A stretch of DNA of 29,617 nt from a virus (lineage: Duplodnaviria > Caudoviricetes): IMG/VR virus record IMGVR_UViG_3300017754_002224, positions 1 to 29,617 of that record. One strand, given 5' to 3'. Shown piece after piece: positions 7,854 through 17,400 of this stretch. The first letter of the stretch is position 1; every line of letters begins with the position of its first letter. The notes beneath the pieces were generated by a model that was given only the letters and a program-made list of their open reading frames with translations, was not told where the DNA came from and did no database searches. The position numbers and the translations under genes were made by a program.

Positions 7854-8597
7854 TTATTTGTTGTTATTTCTTAATGACATAATCATAGCTAATTTAGCAT
7901 CTACATCATCAACTTTTTCTTGTTTATTGAAATCTGTTTTACCATTAGCAATTGGTTTTGCTGCTGGTTCTTTTTTGAAAGAGTTAAATTCATCTTGTAA
8001 AGCTGAGTAACTTTGTTCCATTTGGGACATTTTCTCACCCATTTTCTTTACAAACTCTTTTAACATTTCCATCATTTCTTTGGACATTTCCATTTCAGGT
8101 TGTTTCATTTCTATTTCGATTTCAGGTTTTTCACCTTCATCTTCAGATACAACTTCCTCAATTTTAGCAATAATCCCTTCTTTGGTTTCTACCTTAGTTC
8201 CGTCCTCAAGTTCGTGAACACCGTCTGGTGCAGGAATTTCTGCGTCAGGGGTAACTACAATAACTTTAGCACCTTCTACTAAACTATCACCTTCAACTTT
8301 GATGACTGTTCCGTCAGCCAATTTTGCATCAAGGAAAATTTCTTTTACTGCCTCGATTGAACCGTCTTTAACTTGTATTTCAAAGTTTTCAACTAATCTG
8401 TATGAACCATCTTCTAAAGCCACTTGTTCAAAAGTATCGTTAATCTTAACGATTTTATTACCAACTTCTAACTTAGCAGCTTGAAGGATAGTATTATCTT
8501 CTAATTTAAATGACAATAATGTTGATTCATCAGCTAAAAATCCAAACTTAACCATTAAAGATTTAATCTCTTGAATTGCGTTTTTAGAATTTGACAT
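7854..8597 (-). CDS. capsid scaffolding-like protein
   Basis: Acidic, with LEDG/LADG beta repeats, then a coiled coil and a KEPAAKPI motif. Lies between protease and MCP. Confidence 0.65.
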   Translation of the reverse strand: MSNSKNAIQEIKSLMVKFGFLADESTLLSFKLEDNTILQAAKLEVGNKIVKINDTFEQVALEDGSYRLVENFEIQVKDGSIEAVKEIFLDAKLADGTVIKVEGDSLVEGAKVIVVTPDAEIPAPDGVHELEDGTKVETKEGIIAKIEEVVSEDEGEKPEIEIEMKQPEMEMSKEMMEMLKEFVKKMGEKMSQMEQSYSALQDEFNSFKKEPAAKPIANGKTDFNKQEKVDDVDAKLAMIMSLRNNNK

Positions 8598-8670
8598 AAT
8601 TGTTTATTTGTTTTAATTTATTATTCTCTTATATATAAATATGTGTTTTGATATATATTACCATCAAGTA

Positions 8671-10155
8671 TTAATATTTTTTCAATATCTCAGCTACTTG
8701 GTATAAAAACATCTCTTCTTTTGTGAACGCAGATACCTCTTCAAAGAAACCAGATACAGAAAATCCGTTCAATTGACCTTCCTTAACTTTTTTCCAAATC
8801 TCATCATTTTTTACTTTCATAGATACAAACCAAGTTCCGATAGGAGTTGATTCATACCCATATTTTGATGACTTATCTGACTCATCTTCCTTAATCCAAG
8901 ACTCAACTACATACACATCTCTTACCGCCTTACCGTCGTGCATCTGATCGTTATTGTCTGTGTATTTGTTTCTCATATACTTCTCAGCAATCATCTTAAT
9001 AGTTTCAGCACTGAAGAATACATAATACGGATTACCCAAAGCATCCTTACGGAATATCTTCATATCAGGAATCATAGCTGGTCCAAGTACAATACGTTTT
9101 TCCTCATTATCAATTTTGAAATATTGTTTTGACATTTTCTCTTCTTGATTAATTTTAGATTTAGCCCAACTTAAAGCAGACTTTCCTCCCCAACTATCAT
9201 ACATCAATTTACCACAACCATCACCATATCCTTTTGAACTTTCTAAATCTACCTCGTGTCTTGAAAGATAACTATACATACGTTTTACGGTATCCAAAGA
9301 TATTGGTTCACCATTAGCTAACTGATTAGCACGCTGTTTCCCAACGTCAGTTCCACAAGAACCCCATCCGTTTTCTTCCACATATTTCAATACCGCTTTA
9401 GCGTTGTTCTTAACAGAATCAGGATAGTCAGAATAACTATCAAACATAGTTGGTTTAACCAAAGATTTTGATTCGGTTTCTCCTGATACTTGGTCAACAT
9501 ATGATGGTAAACCACCTACATCATAACCAAATGATTCTTTACCTGGTACTCTTGTATCTGGTTGAGGTAATCCCATAATATCCAAACCTTCAGCACCATC
9601 CACTCTACCTTTTGTTACCGAACTTTTGTTTACGATTTCTGTACCTCTACGATATGTTATTTTCTCCCAAATATGACGACAGTTATAAGAACCACGCCAT
9701 ACCATAGCAGATGAACCTAAGTCATTTATAATAGATTCTAAATCCTCTACTCTATAAACCAAGTTCTTACTTAATAAATCCCTACAGAATTCTCTTGTAG
9801 TTTCTTTAATTGGTGCACCAGGTGCTTGTGGATTTAGAATATACTTATACCTGATTAGGTATTCAGCAGTATCTTCAAATGAAGGTTGATTTGGTGAGGA
9901 AGAAACAAAGTCTTCTTTAACTCTTTCCCATCCATCAGAAAATAACTCCTCTTCCAATTGACCCTTTTGGGTAATCATCTCTGAGTAAGTTAAATCTTGA
10001 CCATCAGGTATTACAAATTCCTCTGGTTTTACTTTATTAAAAAACATCCAATTAACCTCTATTGCAGGTTCGTCAACTAAAGATATACTGTCGATACCTG
10101 AAATATCGTCATCCTCTTCTATCTTTAATTCAAATATTTTATCTTTCTTTATCAT
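8671..10155 (-). CDS. XkdF-like (Peptidase S78_2) prohead serine protease with inserted modules
   Basis: C-terminal KRIVLGPAMIPD...MHD...VESW...GTW...KVK.G...GFSVSG; N-terminal SISLVDEPAIE; about 300 aa of inserted modules between them. Confidence 0.8.
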   Translation of the reverse strand: MIKKDKIFELKIEEDDDISGIDSISLVDEPAIEVNWMFFNKVKPEEFVIPDGQDLTYSEMITQKGQLEEELFSDGWERVKEDFVSSSPNQPSFEDTAEYLIRYKYILNPQAPGAPIKETTREFCRDLLSKNLVYRVEDLESIINDLGSSAMVWRGSYNCRHIWEKITYRRGTEIVNKSSVTKGRVDGAEGLDIMGLPQPDTRVPGKESFGYDVGGLPSYVDQVSGETESKSLVKPTMFDSYSDYPDSVKNNAKAVLKYVEENGWGSCGTDVGKQRANQLANGEPISLDTVKRMYSYLSRHEVDLESSKGYGDGCGKLMYDSWGGKSALSWAKSKINQEEKMSKQYFKIDNEEKRIVLGPAMIPDMKIFRKDALGNPYYVFFSAETIKMIAEKYMRNKYTDNNDQMHDGKAVRDVYVVESWIKEDESDKSSKYGYESTPIGTWFVSMKVKNDEIWKKVKEGQLNGFSVSGFFEEVSAFTKEEMFLYQVAEILKKY

Positions 10156-10170
10156 ATTAATTAATATAAA

Positions 10171-10302
10171 TTATCTTCCCTGAGATCTGTATGGTTTAGG
10201 CTTTTGATCCTTCGGACCGTACGATTTTTTACCGTTTGGTTTTCCACCTTTTCTCTTTCCAAAAGAGATTTTATTGTTTGATTGTGATTTTCCTTTTGCC
10301 AT
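10171..10302 (-). CDS. small Lys/Gly-rich basic protein with C-terminal YRxQGR motif (43 aa)
   Basis: Manual translation: MAKGKSQSNNKISFGKRKGGKPNGKKSYGPKDQKPKPYRSQGR*. ATG is separated from the TMP stop by 1 nt. Confidence 0.75.
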   Translation of the reverse strand: MAKGKSQSNNKISFGKRKGGKPNGKKSYGPKDQKPKPYRSQGR

Positions 10303-10303
10303 C

Positions 10304-13237
10304 TTATAAAGTTGATAGGTCCTTTAACCTAGTTTGTTTTTCCATTTCTGATTGCATATCTTTCGATACTACATAAGTTTTTAATACTAATGGTGTTTGT
10401 TCTTTTGAGTAATCAGCTCGTTTTGGATTGTCAAATCTTGCTGCACCTGTTGCACCTCTACTGAACGCTGTACCACCACCCATTTGATTCATAGCGGATA
10501 ATAAAGGTTCAAACATAGTTACAGCACCTCTTGTCATAACAGCCTCACCACCTTCAGCGGTAATTGGAACACCACCATTTGCGTGTGACGGACCGTAAAT
10601 CATACCACCATCACCATAGTTTCTACCTAATTGATTTGATGCTGGTGCACTTGAACCACCACCTGATGTATCACTTTCGTAACTTGTACTCTTAATTAAC
10701 GCAACCTTTTTATAACCGAATATTAAAGCGGCAGCAGCTGCAGCGGCACCCAAAGCAGGTCCCACAACAGGAATAACCGCTAATGATTGATAAGCTTGTA
10801 CAGCACCTTGTAATGTACCGATAATTGCTTGTGCAATTTGGATATTCTTGTTCTTTTCAAAGTACTTCTTCTTAATCTTGTCTTCTTCCTCAGCATTACC
10901 TTTAACCTTTTTCAATTCTTGGTCCATCTGCATCTGGTTGATTTCACCAACCTCACTGAACGCGTTACTAACAGCAGATAATCCAGCGTTTACATAACCT
11001 AAATAAGCATTTAATTTTTCTGTTTGTAAATCCTTTGAAAGTTGTGCATATTTCTTTTCAATTGCAAGTTTTTGTGCCTCTGTTAAATCTAACTCAGCTA
11101 ACTCTCTTTGTTTAGCCTTATCCAAGAACTCTTGTCTTCCTTTCCAATATGCCTCAAAACTATTCTTGTTAGCATCATTAGTCATTTGAAGGAACCTAAG
11201 ATCCATATCAAGTTTGGCCAACATATCGTCGTGGTCCTTCTTCTTCTTATCGTCGTCAATCTTCTTTAAGTCCCTTTGTAAAACATTAGCTAAAGCCAAT
11301 CTTAATTGATTCTTGTCATTCTCAGACATCGCAATAAAGTTCTTATCAGCTTCTAATTGTTTTAAATCCTCATCATATTTGAATTGTCTTTGTTCTTTTT
11401 CTCTTTTAACTTGGTCATCAATAGATTCAATTAGAAGTTGTTGTTTCTTCTTTAAAAATTCTTCTCTCTTCTTAGCCTCTTCTTCTAAAGCTTTTAAATC
11501 TTCTTCTTGTCTCTTTTGATTTAATTGAACTATCTTAGCACCATATTTTACAAAAATTTGAAGTTTCAATTTCTCCTTCTTTTCCTCACTGATTTGTAAA
11601 GCATCAACTTTAGCAGCCTCAGCTTCAGCTTGGATTTGAAGTTCTTTGTCTTCTCTCTCTCGTACTGTTTTTAATGTTTGAACTGCGTTATTTTGTTTCA
11701 GTTCCAACAACATCTTATCCGCCTCTTTATTATCTTCAGCGATTTTTTCTAATCTTTTCTTCTCTTCCTCTCTTTCTTTCTCCCTCTGTGTTTTAATATA
11801 TTCTAAACCAGCAAACTCAATTTCATTTCTCTTTTTAACGTAGTTCGCAGTTGCATCGGTTATTTTCTTATCAATATCGTTTGCAACCTTAGCTTTCTCC
11901 TCAGCACTAAGTTTTCCATCTTTTGCTGACTTAGCCCTTAAAGCTTGTAAATCACCAATTTGTTTTGAGTATAATTGTTTTTCTTGTTCTAAACCATCTT
12001 GAGTAATCTTCAATAAATCCGCTGCAGACTTACCTTCAATTTGTGCAAGTAAGGTTTTCTTTTTGGTTTGATATTCAACACCTTGTAAATTCTTATTTAA
12101 AGCCTCACTATTTCTTTCTAAAGCTTTGGTATACTTCTCAGTATTATCTGCCGCCTTTTTATTTGCATCAGCAGCAGATTCAGTCCAACCCAACCAGTCA
12201 GTACCTATTTTTATTAACTTTAATAATGGTTCTAATAATAAACTAAGTAATGTAATAAGAACACCAATACCTAAGGCTTTCAACGCAGCACTTAACGCAA
12301 CCGCCGCAGTAGCCGCAGCATATTCTGATACGGTTAAAGCCGTAAAAGCTGACATCAAAGTCCTACTTAACACAGTTGACTGTGCAAGTGCAATCATATT
12401 GGACCTTCTCGCTGTTGTGTTTACAATTGTAGCAGTTGTTTGCGCTGATTCAGTACCTGCCAATTCCATATTAGCGGTTGCTAAACCTTGTGTTTGTAAT
12501 ATTGTATATTGTTCTTGTGCAGATAAACGATTTAACGCAACCGCTTGTTCATAAGTAATTTTATTACTAGCAAGTTGGGATCTTGTATATTCACCAAACG
12601 CAACATCTAAATCTCTTAATGAATTTCTATATTTTACATCTGCAACTGAACGTTTTACAGACATAATTTCAGCTTCTCTTTGTGCTGCAGTCAATCCAAC
12701 AGTTGCAGATGTTAAAGCTGTAGTTGTCGTTGCTGCAGCCGCGGTAGTTGACGCTACTTGTGTATTCGCAGCGGCCAAAGATTGTGTACTTGCTGCCGCC
12801 TGTTTAATTGAAGTCGAATCAATTTTACCAGTATCTAAATCAGGTAATTTTAAACCCAATAGATTCTTACCAATATCTAAAATGTCGTTACCTGTTTCTT
12901 TTAATTGGAAAGTTAAATCCTTTAAACTAAAACTTGAAAACGTTTTTAATAGACCAACAACACCGTTTAATTTACCAAATATGTCACCAACAGGACCAGG
13001 AATTAATGATAATGACGCAAATAAGTCTCTTGACTTTGCGTTAGTTGCAGCCAATCCATCCTGAACATCCCCTAATTTTGTTGATAAAAGTTGGAACTCT
13101 GCAGTACCTTCTTTGGTTCTTCTTAATTCAGCAGTTAATAATCTAGCCTGCTGTTGTAAGTTTCTGGTTTTATCAATTGCGACATCAATAGGTTTACCAT
13201 TAATGTCATATATAATTTCAATTTTCTTTGATGCCAT
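10304..13237 (-). CDS. tail tape measure protein
   Basis: 977 aa, helical, with Ala-rich and E/K coiled-coil segments, hydrophobic stretches and a C-terminal YGDGG.I.GPSHANGGV...EGGEAV motif. Confidence 0.85.
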   Translation of the reverse strand: MASKKIEIIYDINGKPIDVAIDKTRNLQQQARLLTAELRRTKEGTAEFQLLSTKLGDVQDGLAATNAKSRDLFASLSLIPGPVGDIFGKLNGVVGLLKTFSSFSLKDLTFQLKETGNDILDIGKNLLGLKLPDLDTGKIDSTSIKQAAASTQSLAAANTQVASTTAAAATTTTALTSATVGLTAAQREAEIMSVKRSVADVKYRNSLRDLDVAFGEYTRSQLASNKITYEQAVALNRLSAQEQYTILQTQGLATANMELAGTESAQTTATIVNTTARRSNMIALAQSTVLSRTLMSAFTALTVSEYAAATAAVALSAALKALGIGVLITLLSLLLEPLLKLIKIGTDWLGWTESAADANKKAADNTEKYTKALERNSEALNKNLQGVEYQTKKKTLLAQIEGKSAADLLKITQDGLEQEKQLYSKQIGDLQALRAKSAKDGKLSAEEKAKVANDIDKKITDATANYVKKRNEIEFAGLEYIKTQREKEREEEKKRLEKIAEDNKEADKMLLELKQNNAVQTLKTVREREDKELQIQAEAEAAKVDALQISEEKKEKLKLQIFVKYGAKIVQLNQKRQEEDLKALEEEAKKREEFLKKKQQLLIESIDDQVKREKEQRQFKYDEDLKQLEADKNFIAMSENDKNQLRLALANVLQRDLKKIDDDKKKKDHDDMLAKLDMDLRFLQMTNDANKNSFEAYWKGRQEFLDKAKQRELAELDLTEAQKLAIEKKYAQLSKDLQTEKLNAYLGYVNAGLSAVSNAFSEVGEINQMQMDQELKKVKGNAEEEDKIKKKYFEKNKNIQIAQAIIGTLQGAVQAYQSLAVIPVVGPALGAAAAAAALIFGYKKVALIKSTSYESDTSGGGSSAPASNQLGRNYGDGGMIYGPSHANGGVPITAEGGEAVMTRGAVTMFEPLLSAMNQMGGGTAFSRGATGAARFDNPKRADYSKEQTPLVLKTYVVSKDMQSEMEKQTRLKDLSTL

Positions 13238-13238
13238 C

Positions 13239-13436
13239 TTATATTAGTTCTGTTTTTACTGATGTGAAAGCGTTTTCTAAAAGATTCTTTTCACCCTTTA
13301 ATGATTTGATTGAACTTAAATCAAAATCATAGATTATTACTTTTTCTCTTAACTTACCCAATTCCTCGGTGAAGTTTGTAATTCTAAGATTTGATAAATC
13401 AATCTTTTGTTCGTTTTCAAAAATTTCTATATTCAT
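13239..13436 (-). CDS. hypothetical protein (65 aa)
   Basis: Tightly packed between neighbouring genes on the coding strand. Confidence 0.65.
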   Translation of the reverse strand: MNIEIFENEQKIDLSNLRITNFTEELGKLREKVIIYDFDLSSIKSLKGEKNLLENAFTSVKTELI

Positions 13437-13446
13437 ATTCTATATT

Positions 13447-14457
13447 TTAAGGACAACCTGATTCACCTGTTGCTGTTACAAAGTAAGTTGTACCAGGTGT
13501 TGATGGTGTAAAACCACTAATTACATAATAGTATCCAAAACCACCCATTACTCTATCACCACTATTGAATGTTCCATAAGGTAATAGTTGTGAGTACTTG
13601 GTTTCAAATGTTTGACAATCGGTCATTATATAATATCCATTATTACCACCTGATGGCGTTGGTGTTGGGGTAGGACTTGGTGCACCACCACAACTTGAAC
13701 CACAGTTAGTTACCGTAAACGATGCTAAGTCAGCAAATGGAATACCAATATTAATTGTACTACATACCAAACAGTTTGTCAATACAACCGTTCCTAATGA
13801 ACCAATAAATTGATAAGTATCACCTGTTGATGCTGTATATTTAATCCATCCTGTATCCGTAACATTCAATGTTGCTCCACTTGTAAATGTTCCACCAGGT
13901 GTTGGTGAAGGAGTTGGAGTAGGGGTAGGAGTTGCACTTGTTGGTGTAGGACTTGGTGTAGCAGTCGGAGTTGGTGTTGGAGGTGTAATTGAACTAACTA
14001 CAAAATTAGCACATATTGGAAATATGGCTCTCTTACCAATCATTCTGATTTCAAATACATATGTTCCATTTGTAAATCCAGCAATTTCAAACTGAGATGG
14101 TAACATAGTAAAGGTAAACGTACCACTATTTGTTGTACTACCTGTCGTTCCTATTGATTTAAAATCCATCATCCTCCAAGGTTTAAAATACGTTCTTGAA
14201 GGTTCCATAGCGTGTACAGAAAATAGATTTAATTGATTTGATAATGATATAAACGGTTCAGCACCATTTAAACTCCAAGTATAATCAAATTGAATTGTTA
14301 TACCTGTATAGGATACGGTTGTAGCTGAGAAGTTAGTTACCGTACCACTAACCGAGTTATTGTTTATATCGTGGATAATTTCAACATCGTACTCCGCAAT
14401 TGTATTGTTCGGATATACGAAATTTTTACTATCTATCTGTTTTATATATTTCCTCAT
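13447..14457 (-). CDS. tail-associated protein with Pro/Thr linkers
   Basis: Three beta-rich modules separated by (PT)n linkers, with Cys pairs in the distal modules. Confidence 0.7.
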   Translation of the reverse strand: MRKYIKQIDSKNFVYPNNTIAEYDVEIIHDINNNSVSGTVTNFSATTVSYTGITIQFDYTWSLNGAEPFISLSNQLNLFSVHAMEPSRTYFKPWRMMDFKSIGTTGSTTNSGTFTFTMLPSQFEIAGFTNGTYVFEIRMIGKRAIFPICANFVVSSITPPTPTPTATPSPTPTSATPTPTPTPSPTPGGTFTSGATLNVTDTGWIKYTASTGDTYQFIGSLGTVVLTNCLVCSTINIGIPFADLASFTVTNCGSSCGGAPSPTPTPTPSGGNNGYYIMTDCQTFETKYSQLLPYGTFNSGDRVMGGFGYYYVISGFTPSTPGTTYFVTATGESGCP

Positions 14458-14495
14458 ATTATTTAATATAAATTTTCAAATTTGTCATTACCAAA

Positions 14496-17400
14496 TTAGT
14501 TAAAAGTATCTGTCCAAATAACTTCTATTGAATCACCAATATTTATTGTTATTGCTGGTCCAGTTTTTGAATGAGTCGTAGTTGCTGAACAAGCTGCAAT
14601 TATTATGTTAAGATTAGTAGTACTTGATCCGATTAAAGTTCCATTTTTATATAATTCATATCTATATTGTTTAAGATTTGCAAAATCACTATTTTTACAA
14701 ATACTTCTACCTATTACAATTTGACCTGCTGAATATGTACCAGCAATACTTTGAGTTGAAATACTATTTTGATTTGTACCCGCCCTCCAAGTTGGTGATG
14801 GTCCATTTATAACAGTTCCATTAAAATCGACATAATAATTAGAAACAGTTTTTAAACCTGGTGAAGAATTAGCAGTACCAACATATCTAACTTTTAAACT
14901 AACACCAGTTGGTGTATTAGTCGGTGTTATACTTGGTGTTACTGTATTAGTTGGTGTTTGTGTTGGTGTTTTTGTTGGTGTTAATGTAGGAGTTGGTGTT
15001 TTAGTAGGTGTAGCACTATTCGTTGGTGTAACCGTATTAGTTGGAGTTACACTTGGTGTTACTGTATTAGTTGGTGTATTAGTTGGTGTAACAGTATTAG
15101 TTGTTGTGTTAGTTGGTGTCGTTGTAGGAGATGGTATTGGACATAAATATCCAGGTAATAATCTTACAATATTTGGAAAACTATATCCATCAACAGTATT
15201 AAATTTACCAACTAAAATTATTTTATTTGTTGATTGTATTGCGGTACTTTGATAATATAATTCAGAAGGAAAACTTAATGTTACTAATTTTGTAAAATTA
15301 ATACCATCACAATTAACTTTAAAAATATTGGTAACTGAATTAGTTACATTTACAGTGCTAATTAGTCCACTAATAATAGAACTATTTTCTGATTGTTGAC
15401 TTATCCATCTACATTCAGCATCACTGGTTGTGTTATATCCAATCCTATTTGTAGTATAACCAGTATCTACACTTCCGTCATAATTAAATCTATAAGTTTT
15501 ATCAAATGTATCACCACTTACTCTTCCAGCAATAACTACTTTACCATCTTGTTGAACACTTACACCAGATTCTGTTGATTCAAAAGTAACAGAAGCAAAA
15601 GAAGTATAACCAGTAAGATTTCTATCAACTAAAATAAAATTTGTCGGAGTTAAAGCTCTTGCTGTTGCAATAATACCTCTTGGATGATTTTTTAAAGTTA
15701 AAATATCACTAGTAACAATTCCAATATGGTTAATATAATTACCATTTGAATTTAATAATATTATATTTGTTGGATTAATAAATGTATTACTATTATAAGT
15801 TCCAAATCTACCACCAATAGCTAAATTACCAAACGGTAATTCTATAATTGGCATATATTCATAACCTGAACTACCTAATCCAAATCCTGAACCACCTGAA
15901 TTAAATGTACTATCAATCGTAAAATCCGTATTTAATCTACAGATTCTTTTTGAAATATTTGTTCCATTATAACTTGTAAACTTACCTGTTACAACAACTT
16001 TACCATCTGATTGGATAATTAAATCCATTACTGTTTCATTAAATCCAGAACCAATAGTTGTGGCGTCAAGATTTCCTTCAGGTGTTAATCTTACTACTTG
16101 TTGTGTAAAACCTGTTGTATAACCCGCTAAATAAATATAATCATTAACATCAACTTTAACAACGGCAATTGAAGCAAAATTACTTGGATAATTAAAAGTA
16201 AAATCAACTAATGTATAATTTGTAGTTGTGGTTGGTGTATTAGTTAAAGTTGGAGTAGGAGTAGGAGTAGGAGGGAAACTTGTAACAGCATCCACTCTAT
16301 ATTCAAAATTATAATCAGTTGATACAGTTGTAGCTGTAAATGTTAATTGATAAACATCCGCAACTGACGCACCTGTTGTACCTGTAATGAATGTATCTCT
16401 TATTCCGTTATCGCCACCTTGGTCATCTGTTGTATAATCTCTTCTAACTACATCAATTGAATTTACATCAGAAGAAGTTCTCATTAATATATTAACGACA
16501 TCACCCGAATAGATATAAGTTGAATATAGATTATCAATCGGATTATGTATTAAGTTTCTTTGTACACCATTAACATAAGCTTCAAGATCAGGTGACCTAT
16601 CAAAAACGTTTGGTTCAGTATAACTAATCAATAGACTACCTCTCATTAAACCAGCAATATTACCTGATGGAGTAACAGTTGGAGTAGGAGTAGGGGTCGG
16701 TGTCAACGCAACTCCAAAATAAGTAGAAGAACCTGTTAAGATTCCCCAAGTTGAAGCTGTTGAATAGAAATTATCACAGTTTGTAAATAGATTTGAACCT
16801 TGTCTAGTTGAACCACTATTTAACCAAAATGTAGGCATAGAATATTGGAATGGTCCGCCAATTTCATCTTCGTATATGTGGTTATGTAATGTATCACTAT
16901 CCCAATCTATACCTGATGTATTGTATGTAGCTTCATCAACTTCATACATAGTATAAGGAGTATAAACAGTAGTTGAAAATCCTTGTACATATTTGAATGA
17001 TGAAGTGAATCCTGAAGTTTGTCCTGATAAGTTTCCAACCTGATGGTCATAATAAATTGACCAACCAAAATTGGAATCCAATAGATTTGGTTCAGTAAAA
17101 TAAGTTTTAAATTTGTAAATTTTTGATGGATTATCACAATAGTAATATTGGAAATATCTATCTGTATATGTTTTCGGAGAATTGTTAAATTGAATTAATT
17201 CAACTTGACTTAATTCCCTATTTGTTAAGTTAAAATCGTTAATCTTACTTACAACGAAATACTGTTCATTAACCTTGATTAAATCCTGTGGTTGTAAGTT
17301 CTTTATATCTGAATAGTTAAGGTCAAAATACCCCGTTAAAACCCTTGTATTTGGATTATAGAGGTTAGACACTCTACCTTGATAGAAAGATGTGTATGCG

